From positions 272,125 through 336,124 of the forward strand of contig JACKFM010000001.1 in assembly GCA_020632475.1 (NCBI GenBank): a DNA stretch of 64,000 nucleotides, in the 5' to 3' direction. The notes below the pieces were generated by a model. The model searched no databases and was not told the DNA's origin. It worked only from the letters and a program-made list of their open reading frames with translations. Shown here piece after piece: positions 60,501 through 64,000 of this stretch. The DNA is from Candidatus Omnitrophota bacterium (GTDB taxonomy: Bacteria > Omnitrophota > Omnitrophia > Omnitrophales > Aquincolibacteriaceae). How positions within the stretch are numbered: position 1 is the stretch's first letter; every line of letters begins with the position of its first letter. The position numbers and the translations under genes were made by a program.

Positions 60501-61735
60501 AAACATTTTTTGAAGACGTGGAGCCGGGGCAGGATGATTTTTCAGTTCTTCAGGTTTTCAGACTTGCCGCTCTGGCAGACAGGTGGGATGCTTTCTGGGA
60601 TAATCATATTCGTTATCAAATTGGGCGTCCTCAAGATTTTGGTGCAGACAGCGGTAATTTTGTCAGGCATGAACTGATGACCGGAACCAGACACGAATGG
60701 GGTTTTGGAGTTCGGAATCTGGTTGCACGTCTAACAGAACAGTCTATACGTGATCCGCTCAATAATCTGGTTTCTAATCAATTGAAAAGGCTCTCGACTG
60801 ATTTGTTGTCGCATGTTCAGGAAGTTCAGACGGTTGGAGAAGCCTATGGACTTTTTCTAGCGCGTGAATCTTTAGGCAAGGTTCCCGAAGTCAGGTTTCA
60901 AGATGCAGACGGCGTATCAGTCAATTTTTTTAGCGGGATAGGATATCTTAAAGCAAAAAAACGATTCGATCTGCCTGTTGGTAGTGTGGCCTATGATGAA
61001 GCTCAGAACCTGATTACGTTTACTCTTCCCAAATCGGAATTGCGTATAGCACCGCCCGCCGATGCGTCGGTACCTCCCAGCGCAGCTAATGACGTTGCGT
61101 CTGCGTACTCTCGTGTAACTGCGCCCGAGTCACGAGCGACGAGCGACGAGTTCCGCCGCATAGAAGTCAACTACGAACTCTTCGACACAGATGCCGAAGG
61201 AACGATCACCATGCCGGTTGCGGCTTTTGCCGAAATTGCGCAGCAGACTGTTTCAGCTGATGAGGATTTGAAAGCGGAGGCGTTAGCAAAAATGGATGCC
61301 CTGGCTGTGGCAGCCAACCGCTGGCACAATGTTCAGTTAATTTTATATGCCGAAGGCTCGGAGTATGACGCCCAAACCAATTATTATCTGGAACAATTCC
61401 GTCCGCTGGGGAATGTGACCATTACACCGCAAAAACTTGAAGAAGCTTTATCGGTTCCGCGCGGCAAGGAACATCATACGCCTGTCGACATTTCACCCGA
61501 AGGGCGCATTCAGGATCATGACTATGTCGGCGGAGAACTGGTTAAAAAACTGAAATTTGTGAAGCTGCGCAAAAATCCGGGAGATATTCTTTTCGGGCTT
61601 TTGGCTTCAATTACCGGCGGTGATCTTCCGGGTGTCGTCACAGGTGAGGACGGCAACCTGGATGACCTGACCGGTTATGCCACCAGTCAGGCCCAGGCTT
61701 ATCTTGCCCGGCAGGTTGTGGCCTGGTCAGCATAA
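45530..61735 (+). CDS. giant multidomain protein 2 (5,401 aa) with signal peptide, conserved N-terminal domain, TM hairpin, GGDEF-like palm, GlnD-like NTase-HD-ACT-ACT module and HExxH motif
   Basis: Uninterrupted 16.2-kb ORF. Domains, in order:
- N-terminal MKHPFFNFKRFIAITVALCMVLTDRSAVSYAQA.
- First roughly 450 aa homologous to giant ORF 1 (shared ...GGFH... block).
- TM helices at about 47335-47500.
- RIGGDEVVFVGD palm-like motif at about 49020-49060.
- NTase motif AGANARGEYPTFDYD (G-x-R-G-E...D-x-D) at about 50985-51060.
- HD motif VFLHDSAKS...H at about 53470-53700.
- Two ACT-like segments at 54440-54910.
- HEGTH at 55391-55405. Confidence 0.9.
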   Translation: MKHPFFNFKRFIAITVALCMVLTDRSAVSYAQAASAQFASEAQAVNTKLASAQFVLPGFNLPSELGFIEEVYSAPREKEQPSPSALSPQPSVLPSKTVIYIQDAHDSLEAQEHIAEMIRLFVHDNGIKTVLEEGYDGKVPTDEYFGSIKDPEIKEEVSYFLMDKLRIGGAEYTHINRQEDFKLIGADSIELHRENVKAYQKNSVYLKQVQKDLKEMFERIERMANVHFSKELKQWMKNKKRYDAGQLDLLSYLKRTAGLLGDSALPYPNILVLLSAEETKNARAIEKAKEIHSAQLFEEIGEFENSVAEKFLTHDRDRDIFKYYKALSLMLRLSDIEVTPEEYEAAKGTLKNFDTRRMAEFIVADTKHTAVLSTEWEDKIKNAIRFYEIAHQRDDSIEKHLEDFLASDQQTAVLVFGGFHRDKIQAIMRAKGISFVTLQPAISSVSQTHQEYYKQLMSSGYLDFEKTLHLDSEQGFSGSNIPLPQASRMSRTLLVWDVPGYGRVVEGLAETARVLKNRKPDMDRPLLLRQMARGLQARSSAFEQETVPGHAELRNQEASPQNEPPESSVRLRMDEPQGFAAPRIRGHLQAYERRLRAQALRRKLAELGLLFTAVALAVTAVIWSVVDAETEIRATDVIWMTIGAFAASVWVLYRFLSERDFRISSEQERINFERILNGTKDGESVIRSVEMLEAYAQSPDRSQRSDIIRSAERVKDEILERNPLLTIVDQEKITEGDKIVIFEIPGTGHEGLGIKEMNALFGELLTDNFLAEVKKSLYAMVRASASVRGISITPLYSTHKEHAFVVRGDVSQDFLRNEIQKKLVEAMNRILLTSDDLPYRRIIEEKKLDQNGEDLFEIHFGMSRVEEDSEEGRLTANIRAKQALLISRYRNVWDNNRDPDLVLYSHENYAAVVDELASIRRRLLANEGAALFATGENEAFGQYFFLRPGAANILRKKVEWGELSTEEKKVFHHVEIYQLAQRYFELLNLQDVIKKWQMDEAEAFREIREIRGILETLDFLVDLLVSGAQGRVRPEEMPLDVIGQQRLGLLRKYALNDARNRKAYSQNVFHAKAAEMANPVIVGLDVIGMGPMNYEAFDGELQQIDKQLKSGNPVTDAEVQAIQRQAADSVTLRRDHILDEIRDQLQETYREVNLTPPGELIARIGGDEVVFVGDSSVLHGAVLDRFLTGLRERIRSNLGIHVRIAADSLIQDYRRRFTRTTRSDPKMMAHARALSLQDTNVNHVLKPMEKKGLTGELHGHGGAIVVRAKRWGLNRWNRVVETDQGTTRIDAEAEIILSNWHFNPGLLTTRRTELRSSANDSEVYPQPVEFFTHPWTLQERWPFAPSALLRFPGQLTALKRSVFPALLKRQGDSKKLKMSFLATNTGEEIAGYLYALSLAYDAHTEWGQAGKLDLSIVANDLHADILEEAQRRLSGKSPFVFNGDFIGGDQEAEMTIYEPLLRPLPSSFEPFLRAINPIKSRIQKSFSFISGSMFRSFRLFKAIVGSDIIVLNAAPIPSWKPLLWLFGKILTRGERPPVIITTNRQLAEGLSGYQVLGLRDLGWAGSYLAIPKWLQEDFDIEPLTSMILNRAELRAASDQTLRQQLLGELHSEPDAQNPVLQTLFMFDALKRVVQGEPSARNPVFQLRSDDILKAILGNRKAIEVFENPVTQENLKRLEGLPYLYRLAVNGIATEPEHYGRLFIRAGESRLAPEESFRQALEMGLKTVSSGTPQEIRDEKLKKVKRFLDYHFLKVFLRYWNREYAPSLPTMLEGVIPDTVKRNQMLMANITHLSGAVLQAVYDVNHEYLSAQYGEPDSTGSIVLAGANARGEYPTFDYDAVVLYEKDGRTPGGPSGTLSHAEFYNRLAVLIRQSFEGDPQSGYAGMGREMDSRYQYTIFKSFLNAWGVEENRPMWAVSINRAEAALKSSQPVGLILSFLDLMPGAGDMDLAERFIQSTQEYLADEKHLYTGMAQTLSAYQFMRQKTAETSPVLDIKGTAGGLRSFHYFLWFLRLYRRLLFMRAGQPRAAQKPASGLNFLDNLTVLEREFSGTSVRNELTAYYLYLINLRLTMDLFYARNSKQLPTDSLALAYFAFYNATLYRLAEGASPLGFDPAQALPLQEEFLRQLKQVMTRIDGLIDGLMNDLLSGNFDQVNMHLSQWQSSPELIDAADLRQTAASLVETSREELDQAAQKHVEQLVEDRTGLSPQKMIIFVTAFLMRTRNMTQVAAERSALWYSENRPREFERMAHKEEKHRKAELRNDTETLAGVRGEIERWDVNYIVKKKHFGLQLGRRLNMASGPGSVLEFDFLKRMMRLMLPEAEGISAATPPGGTMPDYVRSQEEFEQMLDVLEQTGILKEPVIPRGEFETESQRLMRANKTLAENFDFFSRNHLHDMTLTDDRNPLVRDYKTRIPEHYLQSERAFQTVIPLVLLMYERRFPGEVETQTLKDLDDHFVLQKKKTLHFDWERGFFEGESEVVALKPSEGAAVQFFAVHPELTFKAFEYGVPDVNILEGLRLNRDAFEKWIHLQRASPSGVGSAGFQVLVQSFVHLLGKASGDQHAFSKTIWYLHRFGLLNAYIREYEPGKIGNLIADPAVHEFTTDQHSLYHFEVLDKIGPDDPAAFSLIRDFYLKIENSPEDSHERKLLAALRLSVFLHDSAKSFFFAGSADHAIQAAQNAVPRYLKEMGFDDETIETTAWVVRNHMVLNSYAYRRLVDHPEEISDAVERMVWDPGITPERLRLLYLISLSDYFSLQPLKDYPSLNPHFELGLRVLPDAESEGKWTSLERMHQLYQALASIVGETDPVSREDNMARIRALRTNEMQSFWNRFFAETASQVLEHLTEDALYERYLAAARKGTGEVRENEIRRNAAYTVEHLYQDYFSEILDDGARTPEIQAEVQRRASSEFAQLFYRGYIQSFDEGYLKNLTLQEHLRRYLFTVHLDVLRKRGYKKPIILFNPGFDNVSERQHEFIIGLTTDERGVFEDVTGVLALHEVDVQGARFVRTGSGLIVDRIFGFRRNGDAEIDTLRQRIWTDLGRIFTDYNRQDHAVEIFYREKEKPYQSVRPPTRLKQDTHIQWFHDRNTDGEETSVFTVKTTDRPALLHVIGRILNTRGYSVIKAPITTYEPFTDNTFYINKDGTFLSDAEKEALEKLLVSILDQPIINIADIKGDRSSALSPDQVPPSAANDAASGHSELRITMHSDEAEVAAWMDELAAEITDAGDRKAAEAFITVFRQNPELDRSEISYEGWHQFVGVSRDDAGTSYAHILLDAAVHFPRKLIRAALVHEGTHILNKDLQDAQLAAFLAAQQEWAAMTARGGAQTQDDVDVLLEPLADSMALTMEDEWRAYQAGDRVFLSSLDGSVDDFIQALPQPDAHAPRVDQARYLMIRGLVEDIRVRSTQLETYELKTKATALQGILSIDNLLALNQGSRAELINLFLIIVATNGEGARYVTWDQSREYLHQTTITDIQGLTRWLLSQPRAQQIGQLIAHYTRTESRAYLSDSDFVTHEAIEESGYGQELRRKFTSAFDRIMAASVPAASQDLHTGIKAVLYTAYDKAPQIFLSIDPNMEARAAHVIYLSSERQLILKFPSVEKAREADENFLIGAILYAAGVPRTGHPWNIWTFNPRIRDNTYNIPAAGVTYRVTNDLLNSLQQVIAQNIPSAAVGTSASPAPRRRWQFRRVAPNERVDVPPRQRSGSPLPAAVPPRESPDEIEEIRFVNFRGNENWQQNAEKVIREAFRAIARTPTESLSDQRLQGVLQFIHEMMEIRGTSSHVVLAVEPNLTGVAGEVASLGRLPAFFRIMLDRDGQNNGQKRFARGPRGNLFDQKVFIMHLRKWQVLASADGTPANDVQIYDGINVRQSIATRPGEQIIKFDRDFLIKAMVHSLLDQQHSYPWIMAEKYPQIQFNSDTNAIVLPGTRRVFVPTPSEIVQIVEHIIQFANLHPELRVSNAEELIAYARDHRAAPAENVTDLANKIVRLGLGFSATTRDDQTISVTRYAPSYLSFELTVAEFNAGIAVDDTIPVALNAQSFAPVVIPLMQHIAGQMDAGQIPDFTQFFALEQRFSDARGWQEVAQKIKDIVTTGKVERITSPKNNEIFIEMLRVLNHDWLIDHNMVMVRVTGAPADRNGQDAVSAAETLRVAEVIDKRVRKLAGRNVPVLVVNRVFAQNEMQPLGYNTSLDLQGMVILNQPRLNTVALAPGTWRSSIAPQMISHPYGQALRKIYTGHRKRYAERAPYFLLFQRERALEEYRHAIDHFRIEDSMDRRFFTIRTDYLDEFEKIAIQPEGILKGILSDQSLISKAGKPKYHFQNAFFELQGQIARGDHAEDPTFLLASWLQRLASPVTASSHHYDAAYYGLYLAIYYDFITQSGSESLNQRPLLGEFLTWQQTLMPQLSQQLTQFVNDPERFRQALKTIHKYEFTGSLEDLGEDVRVPEPNASEPSSAANDAASGRAPDADASVLPSAANDAASGRAEQRFQEMMTDFVALVREKDLIRSEPEEGKYQFEERGAGGFRLWSVRENGDWAGSETSNQVTELIFDQLENVLTLKVTGGVDGDIAYEFRPDGARFYADHNKTGEFIALDAKNPIVNFGVDELNRIYLIYSDGLMNEFFAKEGQSPLGIYPSILGGGFSLQDVNTATRFTSPDSLVKVSFLHEPSQDRDWGDEIFVIADVSFDEETFPNAESRSEYQQLFKAHDFLSATIKNLELDILGAPISQIHIRKINDELNYQISRVTLTNMTGKQASFILKRGFSSTLKDEQGLDAYQKKKDGLVDPDFRGFPLIGDSRQISGGAYHFWSVEDWGDQQPDNERGFDYFFRLFREGWEPHIEQSFELDRLRVVEKDGHRHIVLSDYNYFRQERQKTRLFATRLIQGLILNNHQAGADVLLTLGAVASRYLKKELIQEVFDSYRTGESPVPPEHLPAIGDLNEVMQDAPTADLLDASAAAPETPLPVLPHPVAVIKSALEELEREFPRIQELRQEFVRLKTFFEDVEPGQDDFSVLQVFRLAALADRWDAFWDNHIRYQIGRPQDFGADSGNFVRHELMTGTRHEWGFGVRNLVARLTEQSIRDPLNNLVSNQLKRLSTDLLSHVQEVQTVGEAYGLFLARESLGKVPEVRFQDADGVSVNFFSGIGYLKAKKRFDLPVGSVAYDEAQNLITFTLPKSELRIAPPADASVPPSAANDVASAYSRVTAPESRATSDEFRRIEVNYELFDTDAEGTITMPVAAFAEIAQQTVSADEDLKAEALAKMDALAVAANRWHNVQLILYAEGSEYDAQTNYYLEQFRPLGNVTITPQKLEEALSVPRGKEHHTPVDISPEGRIQDHDYVGGELVKKLKFVKLRKNPGDILFGLLASITGGDLPGVVTGEDGNLDDLTGYATSQAQAYLARQVVAWSA
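45763..45808 (+). repeat. family B repeat copy near the 5' end of giant ORF 2
   Basis: agagcaaccgtctccctcggccctcagtcctcagccctcagtcctg encodes EQPSPSALSPQPSVL. Confidence 0.65.
55038..55107 (+). repeat. composite: family C hairpin followed by a family E palindrome in giant ORF 2
   Basis: 55038-55066 is aggggacaggtcttcagccctgtcccc. 55075-55107 is cctcccagcgcagctaatgacgccgcgtctgga, which has the inverted arms cgcagc / gcgtct and ccag / ctgg. Together they encode KGDRSSALSPDQVPPSAANDAASG. Confidence 0.7.
58872..58963 (+). repeat. two tandem family E palindromic units in giant ORF 2
   Basis: tccagcgcagctaatgatgctgcgtctggtcgagc appears twice (58872-58906 and 58929-58963), separated by accggacgccgatgcgtcggtacttc. 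Encodes PSSAANDAASGRAPDADASVLPSAANDAASGRA. Confidence 0.7.
61058..61106 (+). repeat. family E palindromic unit in giant ORF 2
   Basis: gccgatgcgtcggtacctcccagcgcagctaatgacgttgcgtctgcg encodes ADASVPPSAANDVASA. It shares the gccgatgcgtcggtac leader with the 58914 copy. Confidence 0.65.
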
Positions 61736-61939
61736 GCTTGGGTGCTGCATAAGCGTTTAGCGTGGAGCGGATAGCGTAGAGAGTAGCCAGTTGTGCAAGA
61801 TACAGTTAACTTGAAACTTTTCACCCCTTCACGTAACATTCATCAAATAACCTTGGTCTCCTTTGTGAGACTGATTTTTCTAAGCGCTATGCGCTAAACG
61901 CTCGACGCTTCACAGCGAGAATTTTTTTTGAGGAATTAA

Positions 61940-63097
61940 ATGAGTATTCTTTTTCTGACTAAAGAGGAAAGTCCGGATGACGGGCTTTGGCTGGAGCATC
62001 TGCTTGAGGTGCTTTCATCCAGTATCTGTGCGGTCGGAGCCGATCCTCTACTGAGAAAAATCAAGTATCCGAAACGTGTTTCACTTTTCAATCTGGGGAA
62101 AGGATTTAATCCTTTGATGGCTCCGCTGTGCTGGCTGCCGCTGCCTTTTTTGAAGCCCGCAGGCTGCTCGGGAATACAACGATTGAAAAAAGAAATCGCG
62201 CATCCGGACACAGGATTGGTTTTTATTCCTTTTCTGGATTTGGCCGTCAAATACGAAGAGATTCTTCTGGAATCTGAAAAGCCTGTCTTTATTTATTGTA
62301 CGGGAAGGGATGTGATGTGGCAGAGTCGTTACCACTATTTGCCGCTGTGTGAACGCTATGCGCCGGATTATCCCGAAAAAGTCAAACGGCTGGCCCGCAA
62401 AGCAACGATGATTGCCTGTTCCCGGTTTGTACGCATGCAGTTGATGCATAGGGGGATTGAAAAAGAAAAAATCGTCCTCTGTCAGGGAGGGATTGGAGTT
62501 CCGGAGATGTGTCCCGAACGGACCGGGCGCAAAGGCCCTCTACAGATTTTATATCTCGACCGGTTGGTGGATTACAAGGGACCTGATCAGATTATTCGTA
62601 TTTTTGACCTGGCCTGTGATAAGGGGCTGGATGCTGAATTGATTCTTGCCGGCGATGGTCCGATGCGGGTTGAATGTGAACGGTTGCGGATGAAGGTTAA
62701 CAGTCGTGACCGTATTCATATGCCGGGTCTCGTTACAGGCAATGAGGCCGAAGACCTTTTCTGGAAAGCGGATCTTTATACCAGCCACCACCGGCTTGGT
62801 ATTGTCTCCCAGGAAGAAGACGGTATGGGAAGCGGTATTTTGAGGGCCATGGCACGGGGATTGCCTGTTATTTCGACAAACAGCGGCGCGGTGCCTGAAA
62901 TTGTCGCACACGGACGTTCGGGGATTTTGGTGGATCCGGGGGATATTAACGGACATGCTGAAGCGTTAGTGCGTCTTTACAGGGATGAAGAGTTGCGATT
63001 ACTGATGGGGAAAATGAGTTGGAAGCGGGTGCAGGAGAATTTTAATGGCCGGCAGAAGGATGCCGAATTACGGCAGGTTTTAGGTTTGAGTAGTTGA
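61940..63097 (+). CDS. GT4-family (GT-B) glycosyltransferase
   Basis: C-terminal E-x7-E-type motif block EDGMGSGILRAMARGLPVISTNSGAVPEIVAHGRSGILVDPGD, typical of family 4 retaining glycosyltransferases. Confidence 0.8.
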   Translation: MSILFLTKEESPDDGLWLEHLLEVLSSSICAVGADPLLRKIKYPKRVSLFNLGKGFNPLMAPLCWLPLPFLKPAGCSGIQRLKKEIAHPDTGLVFIPFLDLAVKYEEILLESEKPVFIYCTGRDVMWQSRYHYLPLCERYAPDYPEKVKRLARKATMIACSRFVRMQLMHRGIEKEKIVLCQGGIGVPEMCPERTGRKGPLQILYLDRLVDYKGPDQIIRIFDLACDKGLDAELILAGDGPMRVECERLRMKVNSRDRIHMPGLVTGNEAEDLFWKADLYTSHHRLGIVSQEEDGMGSGILRAMARGLPVISTNSGAVPEIVAHGRSGILVDPGDINGHAEALVRLYRDEELRLLMGKMSWKRVQENFNGRQKDAELRQVLGLSS

Positions 63098-63369
63098 CGG
63101 ACCGGAAAACCGCTGCATTGCAATAACGGTCGGTTCTTGCTACAATACACGAATTATAAGCTGTCCTTCCTATATATAGCCTTTTGTGGAGGCACCGGGC
63201 CTCTTGAATGATTTAATGTGATCTGTTGTCCCAAAGATCAAAACCGCTAGTGCTCCGTCAATGCCGGCGGCATCGTTACGGACACTTGTACTACGAACCC
63301 GTCTTTTGATCGTTGGCGCAGCACTAAGACATCAAAGCCTGTCAAGATTAAACAAGATGGATATGACAC

Positions 63370-64000
63370 ATGGACAATCTTCTCAAATCAATCGGTTTTA
63401 AAACCGGACCGCAGGATGCAAAAGCGAGCGAACATCGATTGATTCAATATATCAATCTGAAGCTGGCTGCGCTTGATCAGCCGATTTATGGCGAGCAGGA
63501 TGAGTTTATCGAAATTGCCAATCCGCTTTTGCGAAATCACCAGGAAAAAGACCGCCTTCTTTCCGATTACCTTTGTCCCGCTGATTACAGAATCCAATCT
63601 TTTTTAGATGCTTATTTAAAGGACATTCCCGTTCAGGAAAGAATTAAATTACCGGCACAAACATTTATTCTGGATTGCTACGGACTTGCACGTACCATTT
63701 CGGTGCCTGCCAATAAGGACAGTTTTGTTTCGGATATCGTCAGCTCTTATCGCGTGCGGCAGGGGGTGCTGCATAACCCTAAAAATGACCGTCGTACGAC
63801 CAAAGGGGTTTTTCATATTGCCGAAGGCGGATTGCCGATTCCGGATGATAAAAAGGCCGTGCCTAAAAATGTTTTTGCCAACGTGTTGTTTCATGCCTTG
63901 CGTCCGCCGAAAGAAATTATGCGTTTGCCGTTTACCTCAGGCCAGGCCGAACAGGCCGAAGTGATGGTCTCACTGCTTTTGCGTCCGGTCGTTTGCCCTG
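63370..64000 (+). CDS. hypothetical protein, 5' portion (ORF continues past window end)
   Basis: Open frame from the ATG at 63370 to the window end, with no stop: MDNLLKSIGFKTGPQDAKASEHRLIQYINLK...GVFHIAEGGLPIPDDKKAVPKNVFANVLFHAL... No family recognised. Absent from the ORF track because no stop is reached. Confidence 0.45.
   Translation, partial: MDNLLKSIGFKTGPQDAKASEHRLIQYINLKLAALDQPIYGEQDEFIEIANPLLRNHQEKDRLLSDYLCPADYRIQSFLDAYLKDIPVQERIKLPAQTFILDCYGLARTISVPANKDSFVSDIVSSYRVRQGVLHNPKNDRRTTKGVFHIAEGGLPIPDDKKAVPKNVFANVLFHALRPPKEIMRLPFTSGQAEQAEVMVSLLLRPVVCP

Noticed and set aside
1-64000. tRNA, rRNA, CRISPR arrays, transposases, integrases and prophage genes
   Set aside because: All intergenic segments longer than 60 nt were read for cloverleaf/T-loop signatures and repeat-spacer periodicity, and none was found. 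No ORF resembles a transposase, integrase or phage structural protein. The repeats present are short palindromic units, not IS elements.
63370-64000. Family assignment for the partial last ORF
   Set aside because: I could not recognise any diagnostic motif in the 210 aa available. Left as hypothetical.

Overview
This 64-kb bacterial window (about 50% GC) contains a housekeeping block at the 5' end and an unusual locus built around two paralogous giant ORFs.

The housekeeping block runs from 1 to 12.6 kb: a partial hsp20, a PHP-UvrD helicase fusion, a translationally coupled ppnP-DUF4186-VanY trio, trpS, an EEP membrane protein, class-I photolyase phrB, a TIGR01777 SDR, a CbiX-like protein and a REC-GGDEF-EAL regulator.

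The two giant ORFs are 13226-39994 (8,922 aa) and 45530-61735 (5,401 aa). Both begin with a signal peptide and a homologous N-terminal domain of about 450 aa. They carry embedded modules:
- Nudix in giant 1.
- A GlnD-like NTase-HD-ACT-ACT module in giant 2.
- HExxH and a GGDEF-like palm, also in giant 2.
- Polytopic membrane regions in giant 1.

Between the giants sit a PHB-depolymerase-family esterase and a four-gene nucleotide-sugar tailoring cluster. The cluster encodes a UDP-GlcA-decarboxylase-like SDR with a Lys-rich N-terminal extension, a WxcM/FdtA-like cupin, an SDR and a TylC3-type C-methyltransferase. A GT4 glycosyltransferase follows giant 2.

The most striking feature is at least five families of short palindromic repeat units inserted in-frame throughout both giant ORFs. 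Matching units also occur intergenically in the window, mostly as terminator-like hairpins, which resembles Rickettsia RPEs. A separate roughly 105-bp structured intergenic repeat is present twice and shows compensatory base changes. No tRNA or rRNA genes, CRISPR arrays, transposases or integrases were seen. All calls rest on reading the sequence and recognising motifs; no database searches were possible.
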